From Escherichia coli (GTDB lineage: Bacteria > Pseudomonadota > Gammaproteobacteria > Enterobacterales > Enterobacteriaceae), in the NCBI RefSeq assembly GCF_051903065.1, contig NZ_CP178439.1: 64,000 bases of DNA. One strand, 5' to 3'. Under the pieces are notes generated by a model. The model had not been told where the DNA came from, searched no databases, and worked only from the letters and a program-made list of their open reading frames with translations. The translations under genes and the position numbers were made by a program. Of the stretch, positions 60,157 to 64,000 are shown piece by piece. Each line of letters begins with the position of its first letter. Position 1 is the first letter of the stretch.

Positions 60157-63100
60157 CTACCTTTTATTTTCATTAAGCCACTGATCCGCTTTATCGACAC
60201 GTGACTGGTAAGGCTCATTTGTGTTGCTCAGCTCTGACTTCATGTACTGAATGAATTCATCTGCTTTCTGAGGCCCAAAGCGTGGGTCATCCGTCAATTG
60301 CTGCCGGATAGCCCTTTCAGAGTTCTGCGCTGCATTCGCATAAGTCGAAACGCCGTCGCTGCTAATACTCTGATACCGGTCACTTACAGCTGCGACGCCA
60401 TCAGACATCTGCATGTGATTAAGGACTTTACCCTGGAGAGAATCAGGCATATTTGCAGGGTTAGAGGCATCATTTGCTATCGATGTCTGGGTTTGAAGGA
60501 TGCCCGCTCCCGTAAGCATCTCATTTACCGGTTTCGCCCCAACGCTGGTTAGCGTATCCGAAACAAATTGCTGGCCCCCGAGTAGCGCACCAGAAATCGC
60601 GCCCCGCTCAGTGTTGGCCTCTATCTTTTCCCCAACCAAGCGATCTGTGACGGTCTGAGTGCGGTTACCAACGAGACCACCGCCCGACCCACCCTCTCCT
60701 AGGTTTGCCCGTACGACTGACTCAAGTGAACCATCAGCTCTGTTATGAGTGTTGAAACTGCTATGGATGCTCTGAACGTCATTCATACTCCAGTTAACGT
60801 TATAGTTACCCAGTTCATTAAGGATCTTCTGGGTATCCGCTTTGAGCTGCTCTCTTTCGGCACCGGTAGCCATGGTGCTGGCACCATAGGTAAAGACAGC
60901 TTGCTGTGCCAATTCAGCTCGCTTATCGTCCCGGCTTAAGTTCGGGTTGTTGGCAACACGACTAAAGTAGTTATCAGTGTTATTAGATAAGCCACGAACT
61001 TGACCGCTCTGATACATACTGTTCAAAGCAGTGGCTCGTTGATCCATTCCATCACCAACCACCCGACCTCCGGTAGCCTTTTCCAGATCGTTAAATGTGC
61101 CTTCTGCATTTCTGACATCCTGACCTGAATTGACGACTTTCTCTACACCCTGATTATTCAGTACAGGGCCATTCGTTTTGAGAGAATTGAGCACATTCCT
61201 TTCTTCATCAGAATAAGTGCGGCCCACGTTGTTGTTATGTATTCCCTGAATATCGCCTTTGCCCGCGTTATCAAGGTTATACGGAGTAAAGCCAGCTTCA
61301 CTTTTTCCAGGGACACGCTGAGTCGCGTCCTGAGCGTTGGAGGAAAGACCGAGTTTAGCCTGCGAATCAACACTTCCACCCAGTTCCCCTACGCGTGACG
61401 CACTCATCACGCCAGACGTATTTACGCTGTCAGGAGTTCTATCCTGTGCCTGAGTGATAGTATTAATTCCTGACCCTTCGCCTGAAATTCTGTCGAGCTG
61501 ATTGGTGATAGGTAGCAGCTGCTGTGCATTACCACCGAAGTCGGAAACCAGACTTTTAAGCAGGCTGGAGGTTTCACGGAGATCCTGTTTATTACTTTCG
61601 GCCGTCTCTCCCCGGGCGGTATCAATCGCAATTTTTTGCTCACTGAAATCTCGTGTTGCAGCCACAAGCGCGTCAGTACGTTGAAGCTGCGAACCAAGCT
61701 GATTACTGGCCTTGAAGGTATCGTTATAGGAGTTGAATTTCTCCATAAACGCATTCTCATCCAGCCCATTCTTACGAGCAAAATTCCTTACATCATCATC
61801 ACTGAAGTTTTTGTTGCGAATAGAATCGGAGAACCTGTCCAGGTTAATGCTTTGTTTAGAATCAAGGCTCATTCCACTATTGGAGCTGGCGTTAGTCGAT
61901 ACCGATGTAGAAATGTTTTGCGCCATCGTCTGTGTCGCCTGGTTCATTTTCGACGATGCTTCTTTAAACGCATTAGTATTGGATATCTGATCGCTGCTTA
62001 CCTGAGACGCCGCTTTACTGAACTGGTCAGTCAAAGCAGAATCCTGGCTAAGCTGATTCGTGATTGCTTTTGAAAGGTCATTTGAAAGCGAGTCACTGCC
62101 TGTATTGGTCTTAGATGCGCCGCTACTCAATTGCCCTGCTACAGCTGCTTTCAGCCCGGCTCCGTTGCCAGTTCCAGCACCTCCATTAAGCCCAGCGTTT
62201 AGAATAACATTTGAAGCAATGCTGGCCATCTGAGACGCACTCACCCCATGTTTCGTTGCAATACCTTCTGCTACAGAGGCACCAATCTTATCCGAGATCT
62301 GCTTCATTGTTTGCAGGTTGGTTGAGAACTGCTGGCTCGACTGTCCTGACCTTCCAATTTCACTCATCTGACTGTAACCAGCCTGGAATGAATTACTTGC
62401 CGCACTCATAACTGATGAGGTTACAGCTGATCCTTGCCCCTGGCTGTTAGCGATACTTGAACCAGCATTCCACATTCCAAGACGGAAATTACTTGAATCA
62501 ACTGCGCCGCCATCGCTGTATCCCTGACCGGTACTGGTCAAGGCGGTTCGTGTCACGTCACCAAATGAAGATTTACCGCTGTTAGGGCCATCCCATACTT
62601 TGGGCGTTACATGACCAGTATCCACCGGCGCATCGGGGGTCACTCCCTTAACCGCATTCATCATCGGGTGAATCGACTGTGTCATCAGGAATAATGTGAG
62701 TACCGGAATCAGAGCATAAAGCGCGGAAGCAACAGACAGGTATGAACTGTATGTTTCCGCAAGCCCTGGGAGCCCCATCCACGTGACGGCATTATTCTGG
62801 CTGTTGAGGGTGCTCCAGGTATCCAGATCGGCCGTCGCGACTTTCTTCACATACGCGTTGACCATTACTGCCGTAAGCGGCCACATATTCACGAAGAGAA
62901 TAAGTTGCAAATATTTCGCCGCAGCGGCAACACCATTACCACCTAACGCCAGCAGCATAAGCAAAGCAAATGGAGCAACCATGTAAGCAAACATCTCAAG
63001 GAATGCGATTGCTGCTCCAGACAGTTGTAACCACAACTGGCCCTGTGAAGCCATTGTGTTGGTTCGCTTCAGAGAAGCCTCAAACAACTGCATATCGGAA

Positions 63101-63981
63101 GCCAGACCGAGTGGGGTCTTATATTTGCTTGCGCCATTTCTGAGCTCATTCATTATGAACAGGTTCAGGGTGGCGTCATACGAACCAATAGCCTTACCGT
63201 ACATACCATTTGCTGACGCCATAACATCAGTAAAACTTGCGCCGGTAGGTGCACCATTTGCTTCGTCTGGAGTAAGGATGCCGTTTGTCTGTCCTATAAG
63301 GGAAATAGTCTGGCGAGCTTCAGCTGTACTGGTAACCTGTTTCACAGTTGACCAGACCTCATCACACGTACCAGATTTTGAACCGTTAGCGCCAACAATA
63401 CTGGCAGAGGCATTCTTCAGTGCGCCTTTCATCGCCTGATTAATCCGGTCCATGCTATCTGCCAGATTAGCTGAGAAAATATCGTTAAAAATAGTTTCTT
63501 TACCGGCAATATTTGCGCTTGAGTTTTGGGTAGCCTTCAGGCAGTTGTATGCAAGAGACTGAACGGTAGCACATACGTTCATTGGCCCTAGCCCGCTGGC
63601 CGGTTCAGGAAATGCAGAACAGTAGCCCTGGCTATCGCCGCCCCATTGCAAAAACTTCACGAATCGGATCATCGGACCGAGGGTGATGTCATCGTCCAGA
63701 GTTGTTGCAGACAGGTCCACCGGAGAAAGCGGATCAAACGCAGTTTTATAATCCTTCAGCAAACCCTGGCTTAAGTTAGTGGTGACGGTGGCCATCGCAG
63801 CAATAAAAATTGGAATTCCGTCGACGTTTCTGACCTCTCCCGACTTTACAGATTCAATAGTTACATCCACTCGAACCATTGCCATCATGAAAAGGATCAA
63901 CCCCAAAAACCAGGAGAAAAACGGTAATTCATTTTTGGTCGGAGCCTGAAGCCATAGCCACGTTTTATAGAATAGGCTCAC
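60157..63981 (-). CDS. traG: TraG/TrhG-like mating-pair stabilisation protein (1274 aa)
   Basis: Multi-TM N-terminal TraG_N-like region then long S/T/N/Q-rich periplasmic region; size and context match conjugative-plasmid TraG/TrhG. Confidence 0.65.
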   Translation of the reverse strand: MSLFYKTWLWLQAPTKNELPFFSWFLGLILFMMAMVRVDVTIESVKSGEVRNVDGIPIFIAAMATVTTNLSQGLLKDYKTAFDPLSPVDLSATTLDDDITLGPMIRFVKFLQWGGDSQGYCSAFPEPASGLGPMNVCATVQSLAYNCLKATQNSSANIAGKETIFNDIFSANLADSMDRINQAMKGALKNASASIVGANGSKSGTCDEVWSTVKQVTSTAEARQTISLIGQTNGILTPDEANGAPTGASFTDVMASANGMYGKAIGSYDATLNLFIMNELRNGASKYKTPLGLASDMQLFEASLKRTNTMASQGQLWLQLSGAAIAFLEMFAYMVAPFALLMLLALGGNGVAAAAKYLQLILFVNMWPLTAVMVNAYVKKVATADLDTWSTLNSQNNAVTWMGLPGLAETYSSYLSVASALYALIPVLTLFLMTQSIHPMMNAVKGVTPDAPVDTGHVTPKVWDGPNSGKSSFGDVTRTALTSTGQGYSDGGAVDSSNFRLGMWNAGSSIANSQGQGSAVTSSVMSAASNSFQAGYSQMSEIGRSGQSSQQFSTNLQTMKQISDKIGASVAEGIATKHGVSASQMASIASNVILNAGLNGGAGTGNGAGLKAAVAGQLSSGASKTNTGSDSLSNDLSKAITNQLSQDSALTDQFSKAASQVSSDQISNTNAFKEASSKMNQATQTMAQNISTSVSTNASSNSGMSLDSKQSINLDRFSDSIRNKNFSDDDVRNFARKNGLDENAFMEKFNSYNDTFKASNQLGSQLQRTDALVAATRDFSEQKIAIDTARGETAESNKQDLRETSSLLKSLVSDFGGNAQQLLPITNQLDRISGEGSGINTITQAQDRTPDSVNTSGVMSASRVGELGGSVDSQAKLGLSSNAQDATQRVPGKSEAGFTPYNLDNAGKGDIQGIHNNNVGRTYSDEERNVLNSLKTNGPVLNNQGVEKVVNSGQDVRNAEGTFNDLEKATGGRVVGDGMDQRATALNSMYQSGQVRGLSNNTDNYFSRVANNPNLSRDDKRAELAQQAVFTYGASTMATGAEREQLKADTQKILNELGNYNVNWSMNDVQSIHSSFNTHNRADGSLESVVRANLGEGGSGGGLVGNRTQTVTDRLVGEKIEANTERGAISGALLGGQQFVSDTLTSVGAKPVNEMLTGAGILQTQTSIANDASNPANMPDSLQGKVLNHMQMSDGVAAVSDRYQSISSDGVSTYANAAQNSERAIRQQLTDDPRFGPQKADEFIQYMKSELSNTNEPYQSRVDKADQWLNENKR

Positions 63982-64000
63982 ACCTGCTACAACGGCGGCC

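Overview
The window is a mosaic multidrug-resistance region of a large Enterobacterales conjugative plasmid, assembled mainly by IS26. No replicon gene is in the window, so the plasmid type (possibly IncHI2-like) is only an inference from gene content. I see eight complete 820-bp IS26 copies and one 5' IS26 fragment, none with matching 8-bp flanks, plus IS1, one complete and one partial ISCR2, an IS110-family element and three differently truncated Tn1721-type tnpA pieces. Resistance cargo: lnu(F)-like (partial), Mef(B)-like fragment, sul3, truncated strA with strB, tetR-tetA(A)-pecM, a class 1 integron remnant (truncated intI1, dfrA14, arr-2, truncated cmlA), aph(3')-Ia, floR, and a Klebsiella-type romA fragment with ramA. 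The AT-rich backbone carries an orphan Dcm-like methyltransferase operon, a thermonuclease, SOS-controlled umuDC-like genes and transfer genes (TraG-like, two DsbC-like, transglycosylase). The most interesting candidates are a single-gene OLD-family ATPase-TOPRIM protein (42539-44440), a DinQ/TisB-like type I toxin locus (41455-42152), an uncharacterised translationally coupled gene pair with palindromic operators (5443-9209), and a eukaryotic-type glutathione synthetase homologue (37471-38907). All family assignments rest on motif and memory-based recognition, not database searches.
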